From: Gammaproteobacteria bacterium
GTDB lineage: Bacteria; Pseudomonadota; Gammaproteobacteria; Steroidobacterales; Rariloculaceae
Length of the DNA: 64,000 nucleotides
Direction: 5' to 3'
Assembly: GCA_022820625.1 (NCBI GenBank)
Contig: JAJEFE010000147.1
Coordinates: 89,297-153,296, forward strand
Positions within the stretch are counted from its first letter, which is position 1. Every line of letters starts with the position of its first letter. The translations under genes were made by a program, and so were the position numbers. Positions 1 to 9,578 of this stretch are shown in pieces. The notes under the pieces were generated by a model that worked only from the letters and a program-made list of their open reading frames with translations, was not told the origin of the DNA and did no database searches.

Positions 1-55
1 GCATGACGGAGATTTTCCAGCCATTGGGCGTGGCGGCGGTGTAGAGGTCGATCAT
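1..55 (-). CDS. Glutathione S-transferase (YfcG/YghU-type), N-terminus only, runs off the window edge
   Basis: Reverse strand from ATG at 55 reads MIDLYTAATPNGWKISVM; the TPNG motif is typical of YfcG/YghU GSTs. Not in the ORF track. Confidence 0.8.
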   Translation of the reverse strand, partial: MIDLYTAATPNGWKISVM

Positions 56-168
56 GAGGAATTTCCCTTCCGTTCAACTGTCGATGATGGCGCAGCTCAA
101 ATCCTTTATATTGGTTCGCCCGGCGCGATCGGCGCATGATAAGCGGCGGAACCAGAGGTAAGGAAATC

Positions 169-2379
169 ATGAACAGCAAATGTCACCGTGCCGCCATCCT
201 GGTATTCGCCGCGTTGTTGATGGCGGCCTGCGCCGAGGAAGAGGTGGAGAGTCCCGCGGCGGACTCCGGGGCCGGCGCTCCAGATGTAACCGGCAGCGAT
301 GCCATGACCGAAGTGGGAGATTCTTCAGAAACCATGTCCGGCGATAACCCGTTTCTCGTTGAAAGCCCCCTGTATCTGCAGTATCCGCCGTTCGACCGGA
401 TCGACGACAGCCACTATCTGCCTGCGTTCGAAGCCGGCATGGCCGAGCACCTGGCGGAGATCGACGCGATCGTCGATCAGGACGAGGCACCGACGGTGGA
501 GAACACGCTGGTGCCGATGGAATTGTCGGGCCAGGTTCTGAATCGTGTCTCGCGCGTCTTCTTCGGCCTGATGTCGGCGCATACCAACGACGAGATGCAG
601 GCAATCGAGGTGGAGATTGCGCCGCAGCTTTCCGGGCATCGGGATAGGATTCTGCTCAACGGTGCGCTGTTCGAGCGCGTCAGGACCCTGTACGACAACC
701 GCGAGGGGCTGGATCTGGATCCCGAATCGCTGCGCCTCGTGGAAGAGACCCATCGCGACTTCGTCCGTGCCGGAGCCGAACTATCCGAAGAGCAGAAGGA
801 AAGGCTGCGGGCCATCAACACGGAACTGGCGGAGCTTGAGACGGAGTTCAGCCAGAACGTGCTGAACGAGGTCAATGCCATGTTTACGGTCGTCGACACC
901 CGCGAAGAGCTTGCCGGCCTCACCGAGGCACAGATCGAGGGGGCGGCGGACGAGGCGGAATCGCGGGAGCTGCCCGGCCAGTTCGTCATTCCCATGGTCA
1001 ATACCACCCAGCAGCCGCTGATGGCGTCACTGGAAAACCGCGATCTGCGGGAGCGAATGCTGGCGGCCTCCATGAGCCGGGGCAACCGCGGCGGCGAATA
1101 CGACAACCGCGAAATTCTGAGTCGCACGGCCATGCTGCGCGCCGAGCGGGCGGCGCTGCTGGGCTACGAAACCCACGCCGCCTACATTCTCGACAACCAG
1201 ACCGCGAAGACCGTGGCGGCGGTGAACGAACGCCTGGCGTCACTGACACCGCCGGCCGCCGCCAACGCCGAACGCGAGGCGGCCGACCTGCAGGCCATGA
1301 TCGACGCCGAGGGCGGCGACTTCGAACTGGCCGCCTGGGACTGGGACTTCTATACCGACAAGGTTCGGCAGGAGAGATTCCAGTTCGACGCCTCGCAACT
1401 CAAGCCCTACCTTGAGCTGAACAGCGTGCTGGAGAATGGCGTGTTCTACGCGGCTACCCGGATATTCGGGATTACATTCGAGGAACGCTTCGATCTGCCC
1501 GTCTACCAGGAAGACGTGCGCGTATTCGAGGTTTTCGATCATGATGGGTCCACGCTGAGCCTGTTCATCTTCGACCCCTATGCGCGCGAGTCCAAACGCG
1601 GCGGCGCCTGGATGAACGCCTACGTCAGCCAGTCGCATCTGGAGGGCAAGCTGCCGGTGGTGGGGAACCACCTCAACATCCCCGAGCCGCCCGAGGGCGA
1701 ACCGACCCTGATGACCTTCGACGAGGTCATTACCACCTTCCACGAATTCGGGCACGCGCTGCACGGCATATTCTCAGACGTAACCTACCCGTCCTTTGCC
1801 GGCACGAGCGTGCCGCGGGACTTCGTGGAATACCCGTCTCAGGTCAACGAGATGTGGGCCACGTGGCCCGAAGTGCTGGCAAACTACGCCCGGCACTACG
1901 AGACCGGCGAGCCCATGCCGCAGGATCTGCTGGACCGGGTCCTGGCGGCGGAACAGTTCAACCAGGGCTACGCGACCACGGAATACCTGGCTGCGTCCAT
2001 CACCGACCAGGCGCTGCACCAGCTGACCGCCGACCAGGTGCCCTCCGCCGACGAACTGATGCAGTTCGAAGCCGACGCGCTGGCCGCGGCGGGCGCCGAT
2101 GTCGCCACCGTGCCGCCCCGCTACCGCCTGACCTACTTCTCCCACATCATGGGCGGCTACTCGTCCGGTTACTACTCCTACATCTGGAGCGAAGTACTGG
2201 ATGCCGACAGCGTGGAGTGGTTCAAGGAGAACGGCGGCATGACGCGGGAGAACGGCCAGCACTTCAGGGACACGCTGTTGTCCCGTGGCGGCAGCGCGGA
2301 GGCGCTGAGCCTGTTCAGGGACTTCGCCGGCAGGGAACCGAACGTGGAGCCGCTGCTGGAGAGGAGGGGGTTGAACTAA
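169..2379 (+). CDS. dcp: M3-family metallopeptidase (peptidyl-dipeptidase Dcp-like), predicted lipoprotein
   Basis: HEFGH zinc motif, KRGGAWM, VPRDFVEYPSQ, GYYSYIWSEVLDAD. Lipobox LMAAC. AGGA RBS before ATG 169. Confidence 0.9.
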   Translation: MNSKCHRAAILVFAALLMAACAEEEVESPAADSGAGAPDVTGSDAMTEVGDSSETMSGDNPFLVESPLYLQYPPFDRIDDSHYLPAFEAGMAEHLAEIDAIVDQDEAPTVENTLVPMELSGQVLNRVSRVFFGLMSAHTNDEMQAIEVEIAPQLSGHRDRILLNGALFERVRTLYDNREGLDLDPESLRLVEETHRDFVRAGAELSEEQKERLRAINTELAELETEFSQNVLNEVNAMFTVVDTREELAGLTEAQIEGAADEAESRELPGQFVIPMVNTTQQPLMASLENRDLRERMLAASMSRGNRGGEYDNREILSRTAMLRAERAALLGYETHAAYILDNQTAKTVAAVNERLASLTPPAAANAEREAADLQAMIDAEGGDFELAAWDWDFYTDKVRQERFQFDASQLKPYLELNSVLENGVFYAATRIFGITFEERFDLPVYQEDVRVFEVFDHDGSTLSLFIFDPYARESKRGGAWMNAYVSQSHLEGKLPVVGNHLNIPEPPEGEPTLMTFDEVITTFHEFGHALHGIFSDVTYPSFAGTSVPRDFVEYPSQVNEMWATWPEVLANYARHYETGEPMPQDLLDRVLAAEQFNQGYATTEYLAASITDQALHQLTADQVPSADELMQFEADALAAAGADVATVPPRYRLTYFSHIMGGYSSGYYSYIWSEVLDADSVEWFKENGGMTRENGQHFRDTLLSRGGSAEALSLFRDFAGREPNVEPLLERRGLN

Positions 2380-2420
2380 GCGGAGATTGCGACAGGCGGG
2401 GACTTGGCCTACTGGGCGAT

Positions 2421-3671
2421 CTAAAGCCTGAACCCAGGATAGACAAACGCCCTCGAAATGCGTTCGCAGTCTTTCTCCGTTACCCCCTGGGATCTGGCGA
2501 TCGCGTACCATCGGTTGCGCACCGTCTGTTCCATGGTTCCAATCACCGTTTCCGCATCGGCACGGTGGATCAGAAACCGGGTATGCTGCGAGAGCAGGTT
2601 GTCCCTGTGGGCGTAGCGGCCCATGTCCCCGCAGATGAGTGCAAGGTCGCGGCGTTCGATGCTCACCGGCATGGATGGGGTCAGATCGTAGGCAGGCGAG
2701 AGACCCCAGTCCGTGTCCAATGCGATGACGGCGTGATTGCGTGGGTGATCGTCCGTATTGGATATCAGCGCGTTGAAGCACATGCGCCGAAAAAGTTCCT
2801 GAGAATCCTGCTCCGGTCGTGACGAAATTCTTCGCAGTTCTTCCGCAAGCAGGGCGTAAGACCATTTGTCCCGGTCGTGATGAGTGTCATCCGCTCGCAG
2901 CAATGTCAGCGCGCTCAGGAAACGGGCACGACGATAGCCGGCGCCTGTTCTTTCGCGGTCGAAACGCTTTACCAACAGGACATCGCGATCACCGACGGCT
3001 TCGACGCGGCTTTCCGCCGCATTCAGACCGCATTCGCGGGCGAGAACGAGCATCGTGTGCTCTACTCGTGCATGATTCCAACGGTCATCCGGCCGGTTGA
3101 ATTTTGCGACCCACAAGTCATCGTTATCCTGAACGACGGCCTTTGGACGGGCACCGCCCATGGATGTTCCGGCGAGAAGCAACATCCTTGCTTGCCGGGA
3201 AGCAGGATCCATAGGAAGTTCATCGTCGGCAATGATGGCGTCGGCCATTCGTTGCAGGTCCGCCAAATCCAATGTCGTGGCGATCCTCCTGCGGGGCGCC
3301 GGCGGTTCTCGATTCAGTCCGAAACTCAGTGCGCCTGTGCGGTTATCCGGTGCGTACAGCAGGTAGTCGAGTTCGCCGAGCATGGCCTGTCCCGTATGTC
3401 GCTCGATGACCAGCCGGCCCCAGTAGTCCGGTCCCGCATCGCGCAACGCACCGAATACACCGTGAAGTTGCCTCGTTTCGAAATTCTCGGCTGTAAGTCT
3501 GAGGTCCACCGGATCGATGGCAACGGCGTCAGGCCGGGTAAGGTAGCTTCGCCCGTAAACGAACCTTCCTATTGGAATATCGTGTCGATCGGTTGCAAGT
3601 ACGAATCGGCCGGCGGTCACGAATTCGGTCTGGCCAGGCAGAACGATGTACACGTAGCACTCGTCGTTCAT
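2421..3671 (-). CDS. HipA-family Ser/Thr kinase toxin
   Basis: DAGPDYWG N-terminal motif, SMGGARPKA P-loop, NTDDHPRNH catalytic loop, LSPAYD. Confidence 0.9.
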   Translation of the reverse strand: MNDECYVYIVLPGQTEFVTAGRFVLATDRHDIPIGRFVYGRSYLTRPDAVAIDPVDLRLTAENFETRQLHGVFGALRDAGPDYWGRLVIERHTGQAMLGELDYLLYAPDNRTGALSFGLNREPPAPRRRIATTLDLADLQRMADAIIADDELPMDPASRQARMLLLAGTSMGGARPKAVVQDNDDLWVAKFNRPDDRWNHARVEHTMLVLARECGLNAAESRVEAVGDRDVLLVKRFDRERTGAGYRRARFLSALTLLRADDTHHDRDKWSYALLAEELRRISSRPEQDSQELFRRMCFNALISNTDDHPRNHAVIALDTDWGLSPAYDLTPSMPVSIERRDLALICGDMGRYAHRDNLLSQHTRFLIHRADAETVIGTMEQTVRNRWYAIARSQGVTEKDCERISRAFVYPGFRL

Positions 3672-3679
3672 TGAAAGAC

Positions 3680-4021
3680 CTAGAAATCGTCGTCCAGAAG
3701 GTTTGATCGGCGAGCCCGGACGGGTTCCCTGCTCATGGCGAGAGCCAACCCCACCTTGTCGAGTGCCGGATCGGCAACGTCATTGAGCCGATTCAACAGG
3801 TTATAGGTCCAGAGCAGGGCAACATAGACGGCGACTCCGGTCGACGGCTTGCCCTTCTCGGCGTCCGACACGGGACGCGGACCCGTACCAATCTTCTCGG
3901 CGACCTCCCTGATCGTCAGCTTTCTGCGTATTCTGGCGATTCGGAGGTTGGAGCCCAGCCGCCTCAAGGCATCCTCGACGGCGTAGGGCGGCGCGGTCGT
4001 TAGCATGTTTTTCGCTGTCAT
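3680..4021 (-). CDS. XRE-family HTH protein, probable HipB-like antitoxin
   Basis: LGSNLRIARIRRKLTIREVAEKIG...EKG HTH, 8 bp upstream of the HipA-like gene, AT-rich promoter region upstream. Confidence 0.85.
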   Translation of the reverse strand: MTAKNMLTTAPPYAVEDALRRLGSNLRIARIRRKLTIREVAEKIGTGPRPVSDAEKGKPSTGVAVYVALLWTYNLLNRLNDVADPALDKVGLALAMSREPVRARRSNLLDDDF

Positions 4022-4148
4022 ATGCTATAAAAAGATATTAAAACGCAATAATGATCACTTAAGAGCATACTCCAGTTGAGAAAAACCGCAAGCAATTCGG
4101 CCACCTAAAGCGTTATCGCTCAGGAATCCAGTGTCACGGATTCAGTGA

Positions 4149-5162
4149 CTAATAGCGCTCCAGGCACTCGAATGGGTGTACCCGCATCTCGGGCCGCCAG
4201 ATGAAGTAGCGGGTCAGATCAAAAGGCTCGGAGTAATACAGCGGGTCGGTGATCGTGATGCGATAGTCGAGGCGGCTGTAGTCCTCGTTGGGGATGAAGC
4301 GTTCCACCAGGGCGATCCGGTCGCTTTGTTGCGCGCCGTCCATGTCCATGTAATGGGCGTGGATCCTGTCGGTTTCGACAACCAGCGTCGTACCCTCCCA
4401 ACGGCCGCGTGAATAGCCGAACTGGGTGTGTTCCTCCTGCGGGACGACGTCGTCGGTCATATGGATGACCCTCCGCACATCGAATTCCTCGATGCGCATC
4501 AGGATGTCGTCGCCCTGGCGCAAGAAGTCGATGGGGAACGGCGTGATCATGATCAGCGGCATGGCCTTGGTGCCGCAGCCCAGGAGATCGTTGTCCAATG
4601 GGTCCCACGTGGCCAGCGCGGCTTCCCCCGCGGGCGTCATCGGGTAACCGCCCCTGAACATCGGAAACGAGTCGGGATCGCTTGTGACCGTGCTCCACAC
4701 GCGAAAGATGCCGTCGGCTTCCGCGATCGCCTGGGATACATCGGCGCCCTCGGTTGCCCGGCCGACGAGATTGCCGTTCCTGCCCGCCTCGAACCAGGGA
4801 TTGCCCGATCCGAAATCGAACTCGTATCCGCTCGGCAGCAACACGTTGCGAGCGAGAATCTCGGCAACATCGCGGACAGGCGGCGAACCGGCGAGGGTGA
4901 CGCGGTCGCCGACGGCGATCACATCGTCCGGGGAGATTCCGCGGTTGCGCATCATGCTGAGCGCGGTCGTTTCCGCGTGCCACTCCCTGCCATCGTCGCC
5001 GGCGAGCACGATCCGGCCGTGAGGGTTACGCCAGGAAACGGACTCAACCGTTCCGGTCACCTCGATGGTCCGACTGGTGTCGAAAACTCCGACCGAGCTG
5101 TGGTGGGCCCACGCGCTGCCGCAGGCGAGGCCGGCAAGGATGAGCAGCGATGAACGCGTCAT
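4149..5162 (-). CDS. Secreted DUF6152-type domain fused to a two-Cys 'GxSxGxWEGxTLVV' domain
   Basis: Signal peptide then AHHS..FD..WRNPH; C-terminal domain GCGTKAMP..GYSRGRWEGTTLVVET..VERF..FEC. Confidence 0.75.
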   Translation of the reverse strand: MTRSSLLILAGLACGSAWAHHSSVGVFDTSRTIEVTGTVESVSWRNPHGRIVLAGDDGREWHAETTALSMMRNRGISPDDVIAVGDRVTLAGSPPVRDVAEILARNVLLPSGYEFDFGSGNPWFEAGRNGNLVGRATEGADVSQAIAEADGIFRVWSTVTSDPDSFPMFRGGYPMTPAGEAALATWDPLDNDLLGCGTKAMPLIMITPFPIDFLRQGDDILMRIEEFDVRRVIHMTDDVVPQEEHTQFGYSRGRWEGTTLVVETDRIHAHYMDMDGAQQSDRIALVERFIPNEDYSRLDYRITITDPLYYSEPFDLTRYFIWRPEMRVHPFECLERY

Positions 5163-5210
5163 GGGTTCCCCTTTGATAGTCCGTGAATTGGTCCTTGCTC
5201 TCCGCAACCC

Positions 5211-6218
5211 TTACTGCTCAACCGGCACGCAATCGTAGACCGATATCGATTCGCCCAGTGCCAGCCAATACCCGCGAAGGATTGCGGGCTCGGTAAAGGT
5301 GGTTTCGTCCGCTACGGTGACCTCGAAATCAAGACGCGTCTGATCCTCGGTCAGCGTGAAGCGCTCCGTGATCTCCACGTGCTCGCTCTGCCGCGTCCCC
5401 ACGTTGTCGAAAAACGGCCAGTTCACACGGGTGGTGGTGACAACGAGGTCGTTGCCGTCCCAGGTGCCCACCGAGTAGCCCAGGCGGGACCACGGTTCGT
5501 CGTCGGGAGGGGCGTCCCGATCCATATGGATGGTTCGGACGATGTCGTAGAGTTCCGTTCGCAGCGTGATTTCGCTGCCCCGGTCGATGAACTCGAAAGG
5601 ATGGGGGTTCACCATGATCCGGGGCATGCCCTCGGCCTCGCAGCGGGTGGCGAAGTTGTCCAGCGGGTTCCACGATGCCCTGCTTGCAACGGCGGATTCC
5701 GTGAACGGCTGTGCTCCCAACTGCTCCAGTTGGAGTTGGATATTGTGGTACGGCACGCTCCACACACGGAAGATGCCCCGATCCTCGGTGGCCGCGTCCA
5801 CCACGGGAAGTTCCCTCGGTACGCGGCCGACCAGGTCCCACAGGGGCAGTTCGCGGCCGTTCTCCAGCCGAATGGTTTCGACCAGCATCATGAAGTCTTC
5901 GCGGGTGGACTGTGTTCCGATCGCGGTGACACGTGTCCCGACCGGTAACAGGTCCGCGGTCACGCCGGCGCCCCTGAGCGGATAGACGGAACTGCCTTCC
6001 ATGCGCCAGGTTCCGCCGCCGTTATCGGCCTCGAGAGTCAACCTGACGTGGGGATTGATCCAGTCCACGTCGACGAGAACGCCCCGGACCTCGATGTACT
6101 CATCGCCGTAGTAGGCTACCGAGTGGTGCGCCGCGGCACTGGCGGTGACCACGACCGTCAACGCGGCCACCAAAAATCTGCAGAAATTTGCCCGGCCCAC
6201 CGGCACCTCGAAATCCAT
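5211..6218 (-). CDS. Secreted DUF6152-type fusion protein (paralog 2)
   Basis: C-terminal half of ORF 5211-7274: signal, AHHS, WINPH, RCEAEGMP, GYSVGTWDGNDLVV, YDC. The upstream part of that ORF is the antisense shadow of the next gene. Confidence 0.75.
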   Translation of the reverse strand: MDFEVPVGRANFCRFLVAALTVVVTASAAAHHSVAYYGDEYIEVRGVLVDVDWINPHVRLTLEADNGGGTWRMEGSSVYPLRGAGVTADLLPVGTRVTAIGTQSTREDFMMLVETIRLENGRELPLWDLVGRVPRELPVVDAATEDRGIFRVWSVPYHNIQLQLEQLGAQPFTESAVASRASWNPLDNFATRCEAEGMPRIMVNPHPFEFIDRGSEITLRTELYDIVRTIHMDRDAPPDDEPWSRLGYSVGTWDGNDLVVTTTRVNWPFFDNVGTRQSEHVEITERFTLTEDQTRLDFEVTVADETTFTEPAILRGYWLALGESISVYDCVPVEQ

Positions 6219-6320
6219 GGAAACAACGCCGCGATGATACCATCGGGCCGGTTTGCGCCATCGCCGGGAAAACCCATGTAACCGGCCCAAGGAATCCCCT
6301 GTCTCACTCCAGGAACGACC

Positions 6321-7271
6321 ATGAAACGACTCGCCATCATCGACGACTATCAGAACGTGGCGCTTGCGATGGCCGACTGGTCGCCGCTGGCGGGGGATGT
6401 TTCGATTTCGGTGTTCAATGATCATCTGAACGACGAGAGCGCACTCGTCGATCGGCTCAGGGACTTCGAAATCATCTGCGTGATGCGCGAGCGCACGCCC
6501 TTTCCGGAATCGCTCCTGAAGAAATTGCCCAACCTGGAGCATCTGTTCACGCCGGGAATGACCAATGCGTCCATAGACGTCGCGGCAGCCGGGCGTCAGG
6601 GAGTGGCGGTTTCCGGCTCGCCGATATTGCCAAGCCCCACCGCGGAACTGACCTGGGGCCTGATCGTGGCGCTGGCCCGCAGGATCACCGCGGAACAACG
6701 GGCGCTCCAGTCCGGCGATTGGCAAACGACCCTCGGCGAGGGGCTCCACGGCAAGACCCTCGGCATCATCGGCCTGGGCCGCCTCGGCAGGCAGGTCGCC
6801 CGGGTAGGCCACGCCTTCGGCATGACCGTCATCGCCTGGAGTCCGAACCTGACGCCCGAACGATGCGAGGGAACGCCTGCCGAATACGTGCGGAAGGAAG
6901 AGCTGTTCAGACGTTCGGACGTGGTGACGATCCACATGCGTCTTGCCGACAGCACGCGGGCGCTGGTTTCCCGCCTGGAGTTCGAATTGATGAAGCCTTC
7001 GGCCTACCTGATCAACACGTCGCGTGGGCCCATCGTCGACGAACGCGCCCTGGTGGAGGCGCTTGAAACCGGAGTCATCGGCGGCGCCGGGCTGGATGTC
7101 TTCGACGTCGAGCCCCTGCCCCTGGATCACCCATTGCGCAAGACACCGAATACGGTCATAACACCGCACGTGGGGTTTGTGACTGTGGAGAACTATCGGG
7201 TCTTCTTCAGGGCCGCCGTCGAAAACATCCGCGCCTGGCTCGATGGCCGGCCCGTTAACACGCTTGGGTGA
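6321..7271 (+). CDS. D-2-hydroxyacid dehydrogenase family protein
   Basis: GIIGLGRLG Rossmann motif, INTSRG, LDVFDVEP, TPHVG; AGGA RBS. Confidence 0.92.
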   Translation: MKRLAIIDDYQNVALAMADWSPLAGDVSISVFNDHLNDESALVDRLRDFEIICVMRERTPFPESLLKKLPNLEHLFTPGMTNASIDVAAAGRQGVAVSGSPILPSPTAELTWGLIVALARRITAEQRALQSGDWQTTLGEGLHGKTLGIIGLGRLGRQVARVGHAFGMTVIAWSPNLTPERCEGTPAEYVRKEELFRRSDVVTIHMRLADSTRALVSRLEFELMKPSAYLINTSRGPIVDERALVEALETGVIGGAGLDVFDVEPLPLDHPLRKTPNTVITPHVGFVTVENYRVFFRAAVENIRAWLDGRPVNTLG

Positions 7272-7346
7272 CAATCCTTCCGCGACTTCGCTTTACCGTA
7301 ACCGCAGCAACGACTTCCGGCAAAGGAGGTTCGCAAGTCAGAATTG

Positions 7347-7368
7347 TGCTACGATTTGTGTACACAAA
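7347..7368 (+). promoter_or_regulatory. Extended -10 promoter with an overlapping palindromic Phd-type operator
   Basis: TG-c-TACGAT at 7347-7355, then the perfect 14-bp palindrome TTTGTGTACACAAA (7355-7368). Its core GTGTACAC matches the known P1 Phd operator. Confidence 0.7.
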
Positions 7369-7382
7369 CATGGGATATTCAC

Positions 7383-7715
7383 ATGAGTTTGCCTACCTCG
7401 TATAGCGTTCGCGACCTGAGGCAGCGTACAGCCGAACTGCTTCGGAACGCCGAGGACGGACGCCTCGCGATAGTCACGAAGCACGGGCGGCCCACCATCC
7501 TCGCCGTCCCCTTCGATGACCGGCTTCTCGATGTCGGCGTGCATCGGGCACTCGCCTTGCAGCTATTTGAACAACGCCAGTTGACATTGCCGCAGGCAGC
7601 CAAGGTGGCCGACCTGAGTGCCGAGGACTTCATCGGCCTGCTCGGCCAGGTGGGCGTGGCGGCGGTGGACTACCCGCCATCGGAACTCGAGGACGAGTGC
7701 CGCACAGCCTTGTGA
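7383..7715 (+). CDS. Antitoxin: Phd/YefM DNA-binding domain fused to a UPF0175-like domain
   Basis: SVRDLRQRTAELLRNAEDG..IVTKHGRP (Phd-like), then ALQLFEQRQLTLPQAAKVA..FIGLL (UPF0175-like). Confidence 0.8.
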   Translation: MSLPTSYSVRDLRQRTAELLRNAEDGRLAIVTKHGRPTILAVPFDDRLLDVGVHRALALQLFEQRQLTLPQAAKVADLSAEDFIGLLGQVGVAAVDYPPSELEDECRTAL

Positions 7716-8266
7716 CCCGCCACAGCGAGCCTTCAGCCGGGGATGACGGGAAGTCCATCCCCCGCAAGGATTCCCCGTTCGTCGCCGACACCGGCCCGTT
7801 GATCGCCCTGGCCAGAATCGAGAGGCTGCAGTTGCTTCGCCGCCTGTTCGGCAACGGTCTCATTCCGCCAGCCGTGCACAGGGAAGCTCGAACCGAATCC
7901 GGCCGGCCCGGGGCCAAGGGGATTGCGCAGGCGATCACGGCAGGCTGGTTGCGAGTCGCTCCGCTTGCGGACGATGCGCAACTTGCGGATTTTCTCCGCG
8001 TCGTGGACGCGGGAGAAGCCGAAGCGATAACCCTGTGCCTGCAGAGGCAGGGGAGATTCCTGCTGATCGACGATGCCAGGGGCAGAACAGTGGCCCGGCA
8101 TGCCGGAATACCCCTGGTTGGTGTCGCCGGGGTCTTGCTCGCCGCGAAGTCACGAGGTCTTCTGGTTGCCGTGAGTCCGGTGCTCGACGACCTGGAGGGC
8201 GTTGGCTATCGTCTGTCCCGCCGGCTCATCGACGGTGTGCGCCGTCGCGCGAACGAGTTAACGTGA
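7712..8266 (+). CDS. PIN-domain toxin (DUF3368-like)
   Basis: VADTGPLIAL, DAGEAEAI, LLIDDARGR, GVLLAAK..GL; GTGA overlap with the antitoxin stop. Confidence 0.85.
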   Translation: MTRHSEPSAGDDGKSIPRKDSPFVADTGPLIALARIERLQLLRRLFGNGLIPPAVHREARTESGRPGAKGIAQAITAGWLRVAPLADDAQLADFLRVVDAGEAEAITLCLQRQGRFLLIDDARGRTVARHAGIPLVGVAGVLLAAKSRGLLVAVSPVLDDLEGVGYRLSRRLIDGVRRRANELT

Positions 8267-8296
8267 TTTGTCTTGTCACCTCGCGAGGCCACTACG

Positions 8297-9397
8297 CTAC
8301 TCCGAGCCGAGCCATTCGAGGATCATATCGCCTAATTCCGTGTTATTTCTGTCCTGCATCATGAGATGCGAATTGCCCGCGATTCCACGATCATCCGGCA
8401 GGTGGATGGTCTGGGCGCGCCCTCCTGCAGCCGAGATGATTTCGCTCGCCTGCCGGCACGACGCGTAGCGGGTCAGCATGCTCGGAGCGCCCCGGTCGAG
8501 GTTGTCGCCCCAGAGGCTGAGGAATGCCCGCTCACCCTCGACATAGATGGTCGTGAGCGCGGTTTCGTCGGTGGGGCAATTGGTTGTTTCCACCGCGATG
8601 GTGCCGCGAAGGTTGGGATGCAGCGCCCGGGCTGCCGAGAACATCGCCGATCCGCCGGCGGAATGGGCGAGCACCACCGCCGGGCCGATCTCGTCCAGCA
8701 GCGAGCGAAGATGATCCGCGCCGCCGGGCGCCCGGGCGATGTAGAAGGAGGCATGCAGATTGTCGATGGCCTCGACAGGGTGCTTGCCGTCCGGGTAGGG
8801 GGTCCCGAACTCCGGCCCCATGCCCCACAGCGGCCAGACGGTTTCCCTGTTCCAGCGCCCGAGTTCCTCGCGGAAACCAGCCGGCGGATTCATCAGGTAG
8901 ACCGGCACCCCGGCGCGGGCGAACTGCTGCGCCCAGCCCTCGCGGCCGTCGGGAGTGGCGGTATAACTCCACGACGGCAGTCCGCCGCCTGGAATCATTA
9001 CGACGGCGACTTCGGAGCGGCGTTCCGCGGGCATGAAGAACTGCACCGGCGCCGGATCCTCGCTCGCGGCGCCACCACCCATGCCGCCTTGTCCACCAGC
9101 TCCCATCGCGCCCTGTCCGCCGCCGCCCGCAGCGCCAGTGCCTGCATCATTTCCGGCCGCACCCATGCCCATGCCGCGCTGGCCGCCACCCATGGCGTTA
9201 CCGGCGCCGACCGGTACGACCACTTCGGCGGGCGGAGCGGGCTCCACCAGGAGAACGCCTTCGAAGAAAAGGTCTGCGGACTGCGCGTGAACGGCTTCGA
9301 GACTCGTTGCCAGGAGGAACCAACCCACGGCTCGGAAACCGGCGTTTCGGCGTAGGCGCCCTGTGCTGCCTGTAATCCTGTGCTGGCTTGAATTCAT
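8297..9397 (-). CDS. Secreted alpha/beta hydrolase with a Gly/Met-rich insert
   Basis: IPGGG oxyanion loop, TPDGREGWA, AHSAGG nucleophile elbow, GNSHLMMQD catalytic His; signal-like N-terminus. Confidence 0.75.
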   Translation of the reverse strand: MNSSQHRITGSTGRLRRNAGFRAVGWFLLATSLEAVHAQSADLFFEGVLLVEPAPPAEVVVPVGAGNAMGGGQRGMGMGAAGNDAGTGAAGGGGQGAMGAGGQGGMGGGAASEDPAPVQFFMPAERRSEVAVVMIPGGGLPSWSYTATPDGREGWAQQFARAGVPVYLMNPPAGFREELGRWNRETVWPLWGMGPEFGTPYPDGKHPVEAIDNLHASFYIARAPGGADHLRSLLDEIGPAVVLAHSAGGSAMFSAARALHPNLRGTIAVETTNCPTDETALTTIYVEGERAFLSLWGDNLDRGAPSMLTRYASCRQASEIISAAGGRAQTIHLPDDRGIAGNSHLMMQDRNNTELGDMILEWLGSE

Positions 9398-9578
9398 GTC
9401 TTCCGTGTCGCACTCGCGCGAAAGAAGGTCGTATCAATACTATTTTCGGGCGTATTCCGACTCAATCGCCCAAGCATAATGAATTGTCAAGGACGAGCGG
9501 TGGCTTGAGCTATAATCGGTGCCCCTTCGCCGTCGGGCGGGGATCATCGGGCGGAACGCAGACGAGGAGTCAACGCGC

